Shown one piece after another: positions 1 to 9,884 of a stretch of DNA of 64,000 bases. The stretch is from Blastocatellia bacterium (GTDB lineage Bacteria; Acidobacteriota; Blastocatellia; UBA7656), in NCBI GenBank assembly GCA_963765495.1, contig CAVXWP010000004.1, forward strand, positions 256,001 through 320,000, in the 5' to 3' direction. Numbering within the stretch: position 1 is the first letter of the stretch; each line of letters opens with the position of its first letter. Position numbers and translations under genes: made by a program. The notes beneath the pieces are model-generated. The model had not been told where the DNA came from and did no database searches. It worked only from the letters and a program-made list of their open reading frames with translations.

Positions 1-1312
1 ATTGATGAGTTTCGGCCATCTTCTCGAAGCAGCGATGGAGATAGCCGATTTCAACATCGGAGTCGGTTATCGTCTCGCCGTCGAGACGCGCGACTATGCG
101 GAGCGTGCCGTGTGTGGCCGGGTGTGACGGGCCTATGTTGATGATGGTAGGCTCGCCGCTTATGCGGTCGTGTTTTTCATCGTCGTGCCATTCGGTTTGA
201 TATTCGATAGGCAGTTTGTAATCGCGCGAAAGCGGCGTGCGCCCGCCCGGATCGTGATCTTTACGGAGGGCGTGGCCTACGAACTCTTCATGAGTGAGAA
301 TGCGTCGCAGATCGGGATGATTTCGGAAGTTGATCCCGAACATGTCGAAGGTCTCGCGTTCCCACCAGTTGGCCGTCTTCCAGACCGATGAAATCGAATC
401 TATCTCGGGCGCGGACTCGGGCAGCGGAACCTTCAAACGGACGCGGTGGCCGTGATCTATCGAATACATGTGATAGACGACATTGAACCGCTCATCTGAG
501 GTCTTGTCGGGGAAACCCTTATAATCGAGCCCCGTAACGGTCGAGAGCAGATCGAATTTGGTAGTCGGGTCCTCTTTGAGCGCGCGGCAGACATCCACGA
601 CTTTATCGGGCCGGATGGTTATGGAGAGGTCGCCCCGGAAATCGTCTACGTCGAGCACCTGATCTGCGAATCCGCCTTTGAGGGCGGCGACAATCGGGTT
701 TTCAGGAGAGGCCGGTTCGCGGCTGATTTGCACGAGTTCTGTGGCGGCGCGCGCCTGTTCGAAAGCGATCAGGAGCGGTTTTGGCGCGCTTTCGGTTATC
801 TCTTTTTTCATCCGTTCGCGAAGGTCCTGGCGCGCATCGGCATCGATCAGAGACTCTTTTTCGATCAACTTTTGAATCATCAAAACGGCCTGCATGACCG
901 CTTCGGGCGAAGGCGGGCACCCCGGGATGTAAACATCCACGGGGATTATCTCGTCTATGCCCTGCATGACGTGGTAGGCGCGATAGAACCCGCCCGATGT
1001 CGCGCACGCGCCCATCGAAATCACCCACTTGGGCTCGGGCATCTGTTCGTAAATCCTTTTGAGAATCGGCCCCATCTTGTCGACGATGGTTCCCATCACC
1101 ATAAGCAGATCCGATTGGCGAGGTGAGAAGCGGACCACCTCCGCGCCGAACCGCGACAGATCGTAGTGCGCAGAGACTACCGACATGAATTCGATAGCGC
1201 AGCAGGCCGTGCCAAACGGCATAGGCCAGAGCGAATTCTTGCGCCCCCAGTTTGCCAGATCGCTCAACCGTGTGGTGATTATGTTGTCGCCTATAGCAGA
1301 CTCAATACCCAT
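1..1312 (-). CDS. nuoBCD: NADH-quinone oxidoreductase fused subunit B/C/D (3'-truncated by window edge)
   Basis: Manual translation from ATG 1312 is open to the window edge: NuoB ([20 protein letters not shown]), NuoC ([23 protein letters not shown]), NuoD start ([15 protein letters not shown]). Not in the ORF track because there is no stop in the window. Confidence 0.95.
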   Translation of the reverse strand, partial: MGIESAIGDNIITTRLSDLANWGRKNSLWPMPFGTACCAIEFMSVVSAHYDLSRFGAEVVRFSPRQSDLLMVMGTIVDKMGPILKRIYEQMPEPKWVISMGACATSGGFYRAYHVMQGIDEIIPVDVYIPGCPPSPEAVMQAVLMIQKLIEKESLIDADARQDLRERMKKEITESAPKPLLIAFEQARAATELVQISREPASPENPIVAALKGGFADQVLDVDDFRGDLSITIRPDKVVDVCRALKEDPTTKFDLLSTVTGLDYKGFPDKTSDERFNVVYHMYSIDHGHRVRLKVPLPESAPEIDSISSVWKTANWWERETFDMFGINFRNHPDLRRILTHEEFVGHALRKDHDPGGRTPLSRDYKLPIEYQTEWHDDEKHDRISGEPTIINIGPSHPATHGTLRIVARLDGETITDSDVEIGYLHRCFEKMAETHQ

Positions 1313-1589
1313 TATTTGTCCTCTTTATTTCAGGTCCATCTTGCAGACTATTTGCGTGTTTAAGCGCATCCCAAAATTCTCTTCAATAAAAATCTTATCT
1401 TCCGCTCATACCCGAGTCAAATTACGACATGTTAAAGAAGCGTAACGGTGGTGGTAAATGATTTTCAGCCTTACATAATGATGACCAGACGCCTCCAAAA
1501 GACGTGAAGAATGAAAGCTCAAATCTACAGACCGAAAATCGAGTTGTCAACGAATCCGTTCGATACGGCAGAGGCTTTTTCTCGCGGAT

Positions 1590-1988
1590 TCAACCCGGCA
1601 GGACCGTCACGATGCACTCGCGTTGTCTTGGACCGTTGCATTCGACAAACAATACGCGCTGCCATGTGCCGAGCTGAAGCTTGCCGCCCCTCACAGGAAC
1701 AGTAATGCTCGCTCCGAGGATTGAAGAAATCATGTGGTCGGGCGCGTGCGAAGGGTCGTGACCGTGACGAAAATTTATCTGCGGAATCATTCGTTCAAGC
1801 GTCTCCATGAGGTCTTCATCGGTGCCTTCGATGGCCTCGCCCGTAGTGATTGCCGCCGTCGTATGGCGGACAAAGACATTACAGAGCCCGTCTTTAATCC
1901 CCGCTTGATTCAAGCATTGCTCCACGCGGTCGGTTATATCGAGCACCTGCCTGGCGCGGCTGGTAGATATGTTTATCGTCGCAGGCAT
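1590..1988 (-). CDS. yjbQ: YjbQ/UPF0047 family protein
   Basis: HTTAAIT, HAPDH and LGTWQRV motifs. Start moved to ATG 1988, just after a TATACT -10 box. Confidence 0.9.
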   Translation of the reverse strand: MPATINISTSRARQVLDITDRVEQCLNQAGIKDGLCNVFVRHTTAAITTGEAIEGTDEDLMETLERMIPQINFRHGHDPSHAPDHMISSILGASITVPVRGGKLQLGTWQRVLFVECNGPRQRECIVTVLPG

Positions 1989-2065
1989 AACAATTGAGTA
2001 TAAACCGTCAGACACAAAAGGCAACATCGAACCGAAGTTTCGGCTTTCGGTATCCGCTTTCGGTA

Positions 2066-2258
2066 CAGGGCCATTCAGTTTTCAACGTGTAGATAAGGAA
2101 ACTGGGAATAGGCCGCGGATAATCGCGGATCTGACCTTTATATGATTTAATCCGCGTAGATCCGCCGCATCCGCGTTATCCGCGGCCTATTTCAACTCGC
2201 CTTTGCGTCAAATCAACATTTAATATTTTTTCCGCCTATTGCCAACTGAATGGCCTTG
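2066..2258. mobile_element. MITE with ISAs1-like ends, 15 bp TIR, 10 bp TSD and internal palindrome
   Basis: CAGGGCCATTCAGTT (2066-2080) pairs with AACTGAATGGCCTTG (2244-2258). Direct repeat GCTTTCGGTA at 2056-2065 and 2259-2268. Confidence 0.8.
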
Positions 2259-2314
2259 GCTTTCGGTATCCGGGAGTCGGTGGTAGTATCTAGGCCAACG
2301 CCGCCTCGGGAGGA

Positions 2315-2806
2315 ATGAAGATGAAGATATTCGGGAAGAGTTTATCGGAGTACATTCGGTTTCAGAAGATCTTTCTTATATTGATCCTGATCGTGGGCCT
2401 TGCGCGCCTCGGGCTTTCGCTTGCCGGAGTTCCCACTTCCATAGTGAAATTCTTCAGCCTGACCGTTGTGATGCTGATCGGGTTCGTCTACTACGCTGTG
2501 CGGGTCCAGACCAGCGGGTTTGGCAGCTATAAACAGTTGTTGCCGCTCATAGTGATCCAGAACATCCTCGGTGAAGGGATCATAATTCTGGGCATCATGA
2601 TCGCCATCTTCACGGGCAAGGACAATATTTTCAGCCAGCCCGAGTATAGCGCCGGGATGGACGGGAAAAGCTGGTCACACGTTGCGGGCCACCTCTTGAT
2701 AGGCATAATCCTGCTCTCACTCGTATGGTGGGGCGTCGGGTCTGTGCTGATGTATGTGACCGGGAAGCTCTCGGAAAAAGGAAAAGAGGACGAAGCCCGC
2801 GCCTGA
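2315..2806 (+). CDS. Hypothetical multi-pass membrane protein
   Basis: GGAGG RBS and about 4 hydrophobic segments. Confidence 0.75.
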   Translation: MKMKIFGKSLSEYIRFQKIFLILILIVGLARLGLSLAGVPTSIVKFFSLTVVMLIGFVYYAVRVQTSGFGSYKQLLPLIVIQNILGEGIIILGIMIAIFTGKDNIFSQPEYSAGMDGKSWSHVAGHLLIGIILLSLVWWGVGSVLMYVTGKLSEKGKEDEARA

Positions 2807-2824
2807 GCAGTCCAGATTTTCGGG

Positions 2825-3244
2825 TCAATCTAGGTAGTCTTCTATCGAGATCTCGGATGTAAGAGTCTTGTGAACGGGGCATTGTTTTGCGATTTGAAGA
2901 AGGCGCTCGCGCTGTTCATCGCTCAGGTCGCCTTCAAGCGATATGTGCCGCTCGATCCGGCTGATGTGGCCCTCCTTCGTTGTACAGGTCCGGCAATCCG
3001 TGGCGTGCACGCGGCTGTTTGAAAGCTTTACTTCGACTTTTTCAAGAGGCCAGTCCTTTCGCCTGGCATACATTTGCAGGGTCATCGAAGTGCAAGCGCC
3101 CAGCGCGGCCAGAAGTAACGAGTAAGGATCGGGACCCGTTTCGGTTCCGCCCTGTGCGATTGGCTCGTCCGCGTATAAAGTGTGAGGCCCGGCGGTTATC
3201 TCCTGCTTCAAATATCCGGCGGATTTTACCGTGATTTCAGCCAT
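2825..3244 (-). CDS. OsmC/YhfA family protein
   Basis: DEP..GG..GPDPY, ALGACT and CPVHKTL. Confidence 0.92.
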   Translation of the reverse strand: MAEITVKSAGYLKQEITAGPHTLYADEPIAQGGTETGPDPYSLLLAALGACTSMTLQMYARRKDWPLEKVEVKLSNSRVHATDCRTCTTKEGHISRIERHISLEGDLSDEQRERLLQIAKQCPVHKTLTSEISIEDYLD

Positions 3245-3282
3245 TCGATCTTCTCCCTTTTCGCAGTCTTATTCCGTTTTAT

Positions 3283-4641
3283 TCAATCGCGATTATTGCG
3301 GTCCCGACTCGTCGGGTTGTAGTATTTTCGCCCTTTCAGCCCTTCCGGTAAACACTCCATCTCTTCTGCCCTGCCCGTTTCGAAGCCGTGGGCATATTGA
3401 TACCCCTGCCCGTATCCAAGCATCTTCATCAAAGAGGTAGGCGCGTTGCGAAGATGCAGAGGAACGGGCTCGCGCTCGGTCTCGCGGGCATCCTTCTGAG
3501 CCGACATGTAGGCTTCAAGCACGGAGTTCGATTTCGGAGCCAGCGCCAGATAAATGGTCGCCTGCGTCAGCGCGAGTCTTGCCTCGGGCATTCCTATGAA
3601 ATGCGCCGCCTGCATCCCGGCCACCGCCTGCACAAGCGCCATCGGGTCGGCGAGCCCTATGTCTTCCGATGCGTGGTGTACGAGGCGTCTTGCGACGTAA
3701 AGAGGGTCTTCCCCGCTTTCGAGCATGCGGGCAAGCCAGTAGACGGCCGCATCCGCGTCGGAGTTGCGGATAGATTTTATGAAAGCGGAAATAACATTGA
3801 AATGCTCTTCTCCTGCTTTGTCGTATCTGAGAGCCGCGCGCTGTGTGGCTTCGCCAAGCACCTCTCTGGTTATGACGCGCGCACCCGCATCATCGGGTTC
3901 GGCGATTGAGGCGGCCAGTTCCAGCGTATTGAGCGCCACGCGGGCATCGCCCGACGCGTAACCGGCTATCGCCCGCAGCAGGTCTTCGTCCGCTTCTATA
4001 TGCTCAAGGCCGAGCCCCCGCTCTTGATCGGCGAGGGCGCGTTTCATAAGTTCAGTCAGATGTTCGACCGAAAGCATTTCAAGCACAAATACTTTTGAGC
4101 GGGAGAGCAACGCCGAATTTACTTCAAAAGATGGATTTTCAGTCGTCGCCCCGATCAGGATTATCGTGCCGCTTTCGACATAAGGCAAAAAGGCATCCTG
4201 CTGCGCCTTGTTGAAGCGATGGATTTCGTCTATGAAGACAACGGTGCGGCGACCCGTCCGGCGGCGGTACTCATCGGCTTCGGCCATCACTTCGCGGACT
4301 TCGCGTATACCGGAAACAACGGCGCTGAATTGAACAAAGCGGGCCTCGGTTCGTCGGGCGATGATGCGGGCAAGCGTTGTCTTGCCTGTGCCGGGAGGCC
4401 CCCAGAAGATAAGCGATTGCAGGCGGTCCTCTTCGATCATCCTGCGCAGTGCCCTCCCCTGTGCGGCGAGTTTGTCCTGGCCTACGAATTCGTCGAGCGA
4501 CGAAGGACGCATCCGGTCAGCCAGGGGGCGATGGCTCAGGTCTTCTTCCGCCTCGGGGGCGGAATCTGTTTCGGGCTCCTCAAACAAACGGTTCTCCTGC
4601 TCGCCGTAGGTTTTGGATGTAGCTTTCTTGAGTCTGGGCAT
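3283..4641 (-). CDS. rarA: Replication-associated recombination protein A (AAA+ ATPase)
   Basis: [43 protein letters not shown] and EDIGLADP. Confidence 0.96.
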   Translation of the reverse strand: MPRLKKATSKTYGEQENRLFEEPETDSAPEAEEDLSHRPLADRMRPSSLDEFVGQDKLAAQGRALRRMIEEDRLQSLIFWGPPGTGKTTLARIIARRTEARFVQFSAVVSGIREVREVMAEADEYRRRTGRRTVVFIDEIHRFNKAQQDAFLPYVESGTIILIGATTENPSFEVNSALLSRSKVFVLEMLSVEHLTELMKRALADQERGLGLEHIEADEDLLRAIAGYASGDARVALNTLELAASIAEPDDAGARVITREVLGEATQRAALRYDKAGEEHFNVISAFIKSIRNSDADAAVYWLARMLESGEDPLYVARRLVHHASEDIGLADPMALVQAVAGMQAAHFIGMPEARLALTQATIYLALAPKSNSVLEAYMSAQKDARETEREPVPLHLRNAPTSLMKMLGYGQGYQYAHGFETGRAEEMECLPEGLKGRKYYNPTSRDRNNRD

Positions 4642-4881
4642 TCTTTTCTCCGGGTTTAAATACTAGAGCCGGAACCGAGCGTATTGCAATGAGGGCGGGA
4701 AAGGTTTCAGGGGAATAAGCGATGCCTGTTAGTGGATTCATGTTGTGTGATCAGGCCGGTTGACAAGGTGAGAGCCAAATCGGTAAGATGAGTTCGTTGA
4801 CAGGTTTTCCTCTCCTTTGTTACCCTTTTTCTTTATTTTGGCAACAGCAGCGTCCGCTGTGCGATAAGTTAATATAAGAGG

Positions 4882-5907
4882 TTGATTGTGAGACCGATCC
4901 GATCTTTTGCCTTGATTATATTCACCGTAACATTTCTCAGTTCGGGCTGCGTTAAAAAAGTGACCGTAGCCGAAGTCTTGCCGGTCTATCAGGAAATGAC
5001 CACAAGCCAGCTTGTCAGTCGGATAAACAACTACGCCGATGTCGAGACATTTTCGGCCAACGGCTACCTCTACGTCCGCAATTATTTTACCGGAAAAGAG
5101 AATAAGGCGGAGGAATACCCATACGCCAATCAACTGATCCGCTTGAAACGGCCTGAAAACATAAGGCTGCAAGTCAATGCGCCTGTGGTCTCCTCGAAGG
5201 TGGCCGATATGACGAGCAACGGGCAGAGTTTCCGGCTCGCAATTTTCTACCCCAAAGACAAGCGGCGTTTCATATACGGCAGCAATCTGAGCGAATTTCA
5301 GCATATGGCTGCCAACGAGATCAAAGAGAACAAAGATCCCAGGCTGGCTCAGGCCGGCGGATTGTTAAACATGCGGCCTCAACACATTGTAGATGCGTTT
5401 CTTATGAAACCGGCTACATTTCACGACGATATGGGATATTTCCGCGAAGAGGTGCGGCAACTCGAACCCGATCCGCGTCCGGGAAAGAAAAACCGTATGG
5501 TCGAGCGCAGCTACTATGTCATCTATGTGATCGAGTACGGCACGGGCCGCGCGGAACTCAGGCGCAAATTCTGGTTTGACAGAAACGATCAAAGCATACC
5601 GCTTGTGCGTCAGCAGACCTTCGAAAACGGCTCAGGCCGCCTCGGAAGCGATATCTCTTATTTCAACTGGTTCAAGGTTCCAGATACCGATAGAATCTGG
5701 CCTGCAAGGGTGATCGTGGACCGCAGAAATGACGGCTATCGCATAGAACTGGACATTGAGCCAAACTCTGTCGAGATAAACGAAGACTTGCCGGATAATA
5801 TCTTTGATCTTCCAAATAAAGAGAACCTGGAAGAGATAAACCTCGATGCGCCGAAAGCCAATACCTCGCCTGATACAAAGAAAAAAGTTCCTCCTCCTTC
5901 GCACTAA
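4882..5907 (+). CDS. Predicted lipoprotein, possible LolA/LolB-like beta fold
   Basis: Signal peptide with lipobox LSSG-C, beta-rich sequence and a C-terminal IFDLP; first gene of a Lol-like operon. Start codon uncertain. Confidence 0.7.
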   Translation: MIVRPIRSFALIIFTVTFLSSGCVKKVTVAEVLPVYQEMTTSQLVSRINNYADVETFSANGYLYVRNYFTGKENKAEEYPYANQLIRLKRPENIRLQVNAPVVSSKVADMTSNGQSFRLAIFYPKDKRRFIYGSNLSEFQHMAANEIKENKDPRLAQAGGLLNMRPQHIVDAFLMKPATFHDDMGYFREEVRQLEPDPRPGKKNRMVERSYYVIYVIEYGTGRAELRRKFWFDRNDQSIPLVRQQTFENGSGRLGSDISYFNWFKVPDTDRIWPARVIVDRRNDGYRIELDIEPNSVEINEDLPDNIFDLPNKENLEEINLDAPKANTSPDTKKKVPPPSH

Positions 5908-5910
5908 AAA

Positions 5911-7074
5911 ATGGATAATCTTATCGCGGCCAACGTAAAGCAACGCCCCCTGCGCACAGCAGTCAGCATCATCGGCGTAGCGCTCGGCGTAATACTGGTA
6001 GTCCTGACCGTAGGGCTTGCGCGCGGCATGATGCGCGACTCAAGCGAGCGGCAGTCAAACGTGGATGCGGAGATTCGATTCTTCCCGCCCGGAAACATCT
6101 CTATTTCAGGCGGGAACCCTCTGATGCTGCCCGTGGCTTATGCGGACGCGCTCACACACGGGGTAAAGCCTACCGAGGAGGACCCGAATATCCAGCCCAA
6201 GCCGCCTGTTCCCGGAGTTATGGCCACCTCTCCCGTCGGCGAGTGGGTGCAGCCGAGCGCGGGCGGAATCGGTTTCGAGATAGTAGACGGGATTGATTAT
6301 GACAGCTTTGCCGCGACTACACCGCTGAAAATAGCCGATGGCAGAAGACTCAATTCAGCCTTTGAAGCCATAGTTGATCGTTACTACGCCGAAAACAACG
6401 TCGGCACAGATAAAAAGCCTGTGCATATCGGAAGCCGGATAACGATTCTCGGTCACGAATTCGAAATAGTTGGAATCTATGAGCCGTCAATACTTGCGCG
6501 AGTCAAGATACCGCTCAAGACTCTACAGGATTTGCTGGGCGGCGCAGACAACTGCACATTCATTATGGTCAAGACCGATACTCCTGAAATCGCTTCTCAG
6601 GTCAGGGAGGCGATCAGACAGTACTATCCCAGCCATCGCGTGATCCTGACATCAGAGTTGCCTGCGCTCTTTTCCCAGGGGTTCAAGCCCGTAGAGGTCT
6701 TCCTCGATGTGGTTATCGGCCTTGCGATAGTCATCAGCACGCTCGTCATTTTGCTTGCGATGTACACTACGATAATCGAGCGCACCCGCGAGATCGGCAT
6801 ACTAAAGAGCCTCGGCGCGTCAAAGTCTTATATCATCCTGACAATCGAAAAAGAGGCGGCGTTGATCAGCGTCCTGGGCATAGTCTGTGGATTCATCATC
6901 GCGCTCGTAAGCAAATATGGGATCGAGGCCAATACGAGGCTGACGATTGACATACAATGGAAATGGCTTTTGATCTCTGCGCTCATAGGTTTGCTCGGCG
7001 GTGTACTGGGGGCGCTCTATCCGGCAATGCGCGCAGCCAATCTCGACCCGGTCGAGGCATTGAGCTATGATTAG
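5911..7074 (+). CDS. ABC transporter permease, MacB/LolC/FtsX family
   Basis: N-terminal TM, periplasmic domain, ERTREIGILKSLGA and LDPVEAL. Confidence 0.92.
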   Translation: MDNLIAANVKQRPLRTAVSIIGVALGVILVVLTVGLARGMMRDSSERQSNVDAEIRFFPPGNISISGGNPLMLPVAYADALTHGVKPTEEDPNIQPKPPVPGVMATSPVGEWVQPSAGGIGFEIVDGIDYDSFAATTPLKIADGRRLNSAFEAIVDRYYAENNVGTDKKPVHIGSRITILGHEFEIVGIYEPSILARVKIPLKTLQDLLGGADNCTFIMVKTDTPEIASQVREAIRQYYPSHRVILTSELPALFSQGFKPVEVFLDVVIGLAIVISTLVILLAMYTTIIERTREIGILKSLGASKSYIILTIEKEAALISVLGIVCGFIIALVSKYGIEANTRLTIDIQWKWLLISALIGLLGGVLGALYPAMRAANLDPVEALSYD

Positions 7075-7187
7075 TGATCCGTGATGCGTGATTTTCAAGG
7101 AACTCGGCTGGTAATGACAAACTGCAAGCCTGGTAAATCACGAATCACGAATCACTAACCATGGATCACGAATCACGGATCACGGGT
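7074..7187. repeat. Heptamer-armed palindrome (GTGATGC/TCACGAA family)
   Basis: GTGATCC GTGATGC GTGATTT ... AATCACG AATCACG AATCACT, then further GATCACG units. Confidence 0.85.
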
Positions 7188-7216
7188 CGCGCATTGCGGA
7201 TCGCGGATCAGAAATT

Positions 7217-7924
7217 ATGAAACCAGTTCTCGAAACAATCGATCTTAAGATGATCTATCACGTGGGCAAGGTCGAAGTGCCCGCTCTCAGAGGCTTGAAC
7301 GTAATTGTAGGCCAGGGCGAATACGTCGCCATCATGGGGCCTTCCGGTTGCGGCAAGTCTACGTTTTTGCATATCGTCGGAGGGATGTTGCAGCCCTCAT
7401 CGGGGCGCGTACTGATTGACGGCGAAGATCTGACGCGGATGAGCGACGCCGAGCGCACCGATTTGAGACGGCGCAAAATAGGCTTTGTTTTCCAGAGGTT
7501 CAACCTCTTCCCCACACTCACGGCCGAGGGCAACTTGAAATTGGCCGAGCGAATCTACGCTAACAGGGCAAACGGCGGGGATGCTGCGCGCAGGCGAGAG
7601 GTACTGGGGTTGCTCCGACTCGAAGATAAGATGAATCACAAACCGCTCGAACTGTCGGGCGGCGAACAGCAACGAGTAGCCATCGCCCGCGCCATAGTCA
7701 ATCGCCCGGCGATTTTGCTCGCCGACGAACCTACGGGCAATCTTGACAGCGAGAATTCTGAGATCGTGCTGAATATGCTCAGAGGGCTCAACGAAGAATT
7801 CGGGCAGACGATTGTAATGATCACGCATAACCCGGAAGCGGCATCGCGGACTGATCGAGTGATCGAGATGCGCGACGGACACGTGATAAAGGCAGACGCG
7901 CCTGTACAGGAGATCGGAAAGTGA
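7217..7924 (+). CDS. ABC transporter ATP-binding protein, LolD/MacB-like
   Basis: [23 protein letters not shown] and [11 protein letters not shown]. Confidence 0.95.
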   Translation: MKPVLETIDLKMIYHVGKVEVPALRGLNVIVGQGEYVAIMGPSGCGKSTFLHIVGGMLQPSSGRVLIDGEDLTRMSDAERTDLRRRKIGFVFQRFNLFPTLTAEGNLKLAERIYANRANGGDAARRREVLGLLRLEDKMNHKPLELSGGEQQRVAIARAIVNRPAILLADEPTGNLDSENSEIVLNMLRGLNEEFGQTIVMITHNPEAASRTDRVIEMRDGHVIKADAPVQEIGK

Positions 7925-8253
7925 AGATTATCTGGAAAACGCTGAAAGGGGTTCTGTTCTGGTCTTATGATCGCGGAACCTGGCAGTATGACATTATGTG
8001 CGTGCTGATTCTGGCTTTCATCTTTTTTGGACCCAACAGCGTGTTCCGATCAAAAGCCTCCGAGCCTGCTACGGTCTCAAGCCCGCAGTTTGTCACACGC
8101 GAAGAGGTGGGACAGCCTGACCAGAGTCATATCGAAGAGGAGGTGACAGGCTACCTGTCCCGCAAGTATGGACGACAGGTAACCGTTTCGCGCATCGAGC
8201 CGATGATGGATCAATCGGGCAATGTGAGCGGTTATCTGGCAACAGTGAAATAG
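7921..8253 (+). CDS. Small membrane-anchored hypothetical protein
   Basis: GTGA overlap with the upstream stop; [11 protein letters not shown] followed by one TM helix. Confidence 0.75.
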   Translation: MKIIWKTLKGVLFWSYDRGTWQYDIMCVLILAFIFFGPNSVFRSKASEPATVSSPQFVTREEVGQPDQSHIEEEVTGYLSRKYGRQVTVSRIEPMMDQSGNVSGYLATVK

Positions 8254-8280
8254 AGTTTCAAACAGACAGAGGGTTCAAGG

Positions 8281-8964
8281 ATGAAGCGAATCAGTATTTT
8301 CTTTCTGGCTGCCGCGTTTTTTGTCGCAGCCTCGTTTTCAAGTTCGAGCGCCGCACCAGACGGGCAACTCGACCAGATACTCGCCGAGATGCAAAAATCC
8401 GGGAGGGCGATAAAAGCGGTTTTCGCCAATATGACTCAGGAGAAGAAGAACACCGAAATAGGCGGCAAGCCCGAACGCTATAGCGGCCAGTTGTTTTTCA
8501 AACGCGTAGGACCGGGCAAGGATAAGGCGCTGATCAAATACAAGGTCCCAAACGGGCAGGTGGTTTCGGTCTCAGGTGATGAGATAATCCTATACCAGCC
8601 GCAGTTGAATCAGGCATTCATCACATCGCGAAGGAAACAGGCTTCAAAAAATAAGGAGCTTTCCTTTATCGCAACGCCATATAGCTCGATACCCGAACTC
8701 AAGAGCCAGTACGATATTTCCTTGAAGAGCGACAGCGCCTCGACGGCTGTGCTGGAGCTCAGACCGAAAGCAAAATCATCGGTCAAGTTGCTGACCATGT
8801 GGGTAGACAAATCCATTTGGCTTCCAACCAAATACGTGGTTGAAGACCAGACCAGCATCTCTACCTTTACACTTAGTGATCTGAAGACAAACGGCTCAAT
8901 GGCCGACAGTATTTTCAATATCAGAAGCACCTTGCCAAAAGGCACAAAGGTGAGCAATCAATAG
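8281..8964 (+). CDS. Outer-membrane lipoprotein carrier LolA family protein
   Basis: Signal peptide; ANMTQ, YSGQLFFKR, LYQPQLNQ and LELRPK patterns typical of LolA. Confidence 0.8.
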   Translation: MKRISIFFLAAAFFVAASFSSSSAAPDGQLDQILAEMQKSGRAIKAVFANMTQEKKNTEIGGKPERYSGQLFFKRVGPGKDKALIKYKVPNGQVVSVSGDEIILYQPQLNQAFITSRRKQASKNKELSFIATPYSSIPELKSQYDISLKSDSASTAVLELRPKAKSSVKLLTMWVDKSIWLPTKYVVEDQTSISTFTLSDLKTNGSMADSIFNIRSTLPKGTKVSNQ

Positions 8965-8993
8965 CGGCAAGGTGAATTTATTTGAAGTCATCC

Positions 8994-9025
8994 GAGAGGC
9001 TCCCCGAAGGGGGCCTTTCTTCTTT
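8994..9025 (+). terminator. Intrinsic terminator
   Basis: AGGCTCCC-CGAA-GGGGGCCT hairpin followed by a T-rich tract. Confidence 0.7.
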
Positions 9026-9029
9026 CCCT

Positions 9030-9626
9030 TCACCCGTAAAGGAGCGTGACAAGCAGCGCAAGCCCACCCACAGCAATCGTCCAGAAGGCAAGCTCATCCA
9101 TAATGACGCGCCCGCGCGACAGACCGGGATTTGCCTCTCTCATCTGGCGATGAATTGCCGACAATGCGGAATGGGCCATAAGGATGCCGAACACGAGCGC
9201 GCCAAGCGACATCAGCCTGAGCGGCCAGAGAAAGAAGACCCACTGCATCTCTACAAGCATCAGCAACCCGAATCCGACCACAAGGCACGCAGCCGCGCTC
9301 GTCAGAAGTCCGGCAAGGTCTCCATCCCCGACCGGTATTTTCAGGGTTCCCGCCCTTGAGGCGGCCTCCGGGTCATAGGCTATCGAAGAGCCATAAACAG
9401 GTCGGGAAACAGGGCGTCGCTCGGCATCGTAAGCCTCGCGCGTTTCCGGGTCGCTCAGAACCTCGCGGGCCTCGTTGAGAGCCTTCATATCCTCTTCGCT
9501 GCCGCCGCCGTCGGGGTGGTGCGTGCGTGCCTGCAAGCGGTAAGCGCGGTCTACATCTTCCTTGCTCGCATCCTCGCTGATCCCGAGCAACCTGTAATAA
9601 TCCTTTGTCGAATCGTATTTTCGCAT
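9030..9626 (-). CDS. J-domain protein with C-terminal TM helices
   Basis: DYYRLLG, HPD motif, LNEAREVL and three hydrophobic segments. Confidence 0.9.
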   Translation of the reverse strand: MRKYDSTKDYYRLLGISEDASKEDVDRAYRLQARTHHPDGGGSEEDMKALNEAREVLSDPETREAYDAERRPVSRPVYGSSIAYDPEAASRAGTLKIPVGDGDLAGLLTSAAACLVVGFGLLMLVEMQWVFFLWPLRLMSLGALVFGILMAHSALSAIHRQMREANPGLSRGRVIMDELAFWTIAVGGLALLVTLLYG

Positions 9627-9696
9627 CTCTCAACTTGCCGGTCATTATAGCCATCGTGTGATAGAAATAGAATAGCCGGGGTCGTTGGGCTTCCAA

Positions 9697-9821
9697 AATG
9701 TAGGCGAGGAAAATGGGAATAGGCCGGGACGGACGCGGATGCGGCGGATTTTCGCGGATCTGAACTTATATGAGCTAATCCGCGTAGATCCGCTCAATCC
9801 GCATCCGTCCCGGCCTATTTC
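9697..9821. repeat. Partial copy of the 2066 MITE/REP family
   Basis: ATGTAGGCGAGGAAAATGGGAATAGGCCG.. arm and ..CGGCCTATTTC, with the GCGGAT/ATCCGC palindrome. Confidence 0.8.
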
Positions 9822-9884
9822 TATTGCCCTATTTTATGCTTCGTTCTATGCGGTCATCGAATCTTTCGTGTTATATTGGCTTTT

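Noticed and set aside
170-1445. Several short ORFs in the track over the first 1.4 kb
   Set aside because: They are shadows of the minus-strand nuoBCD frame.
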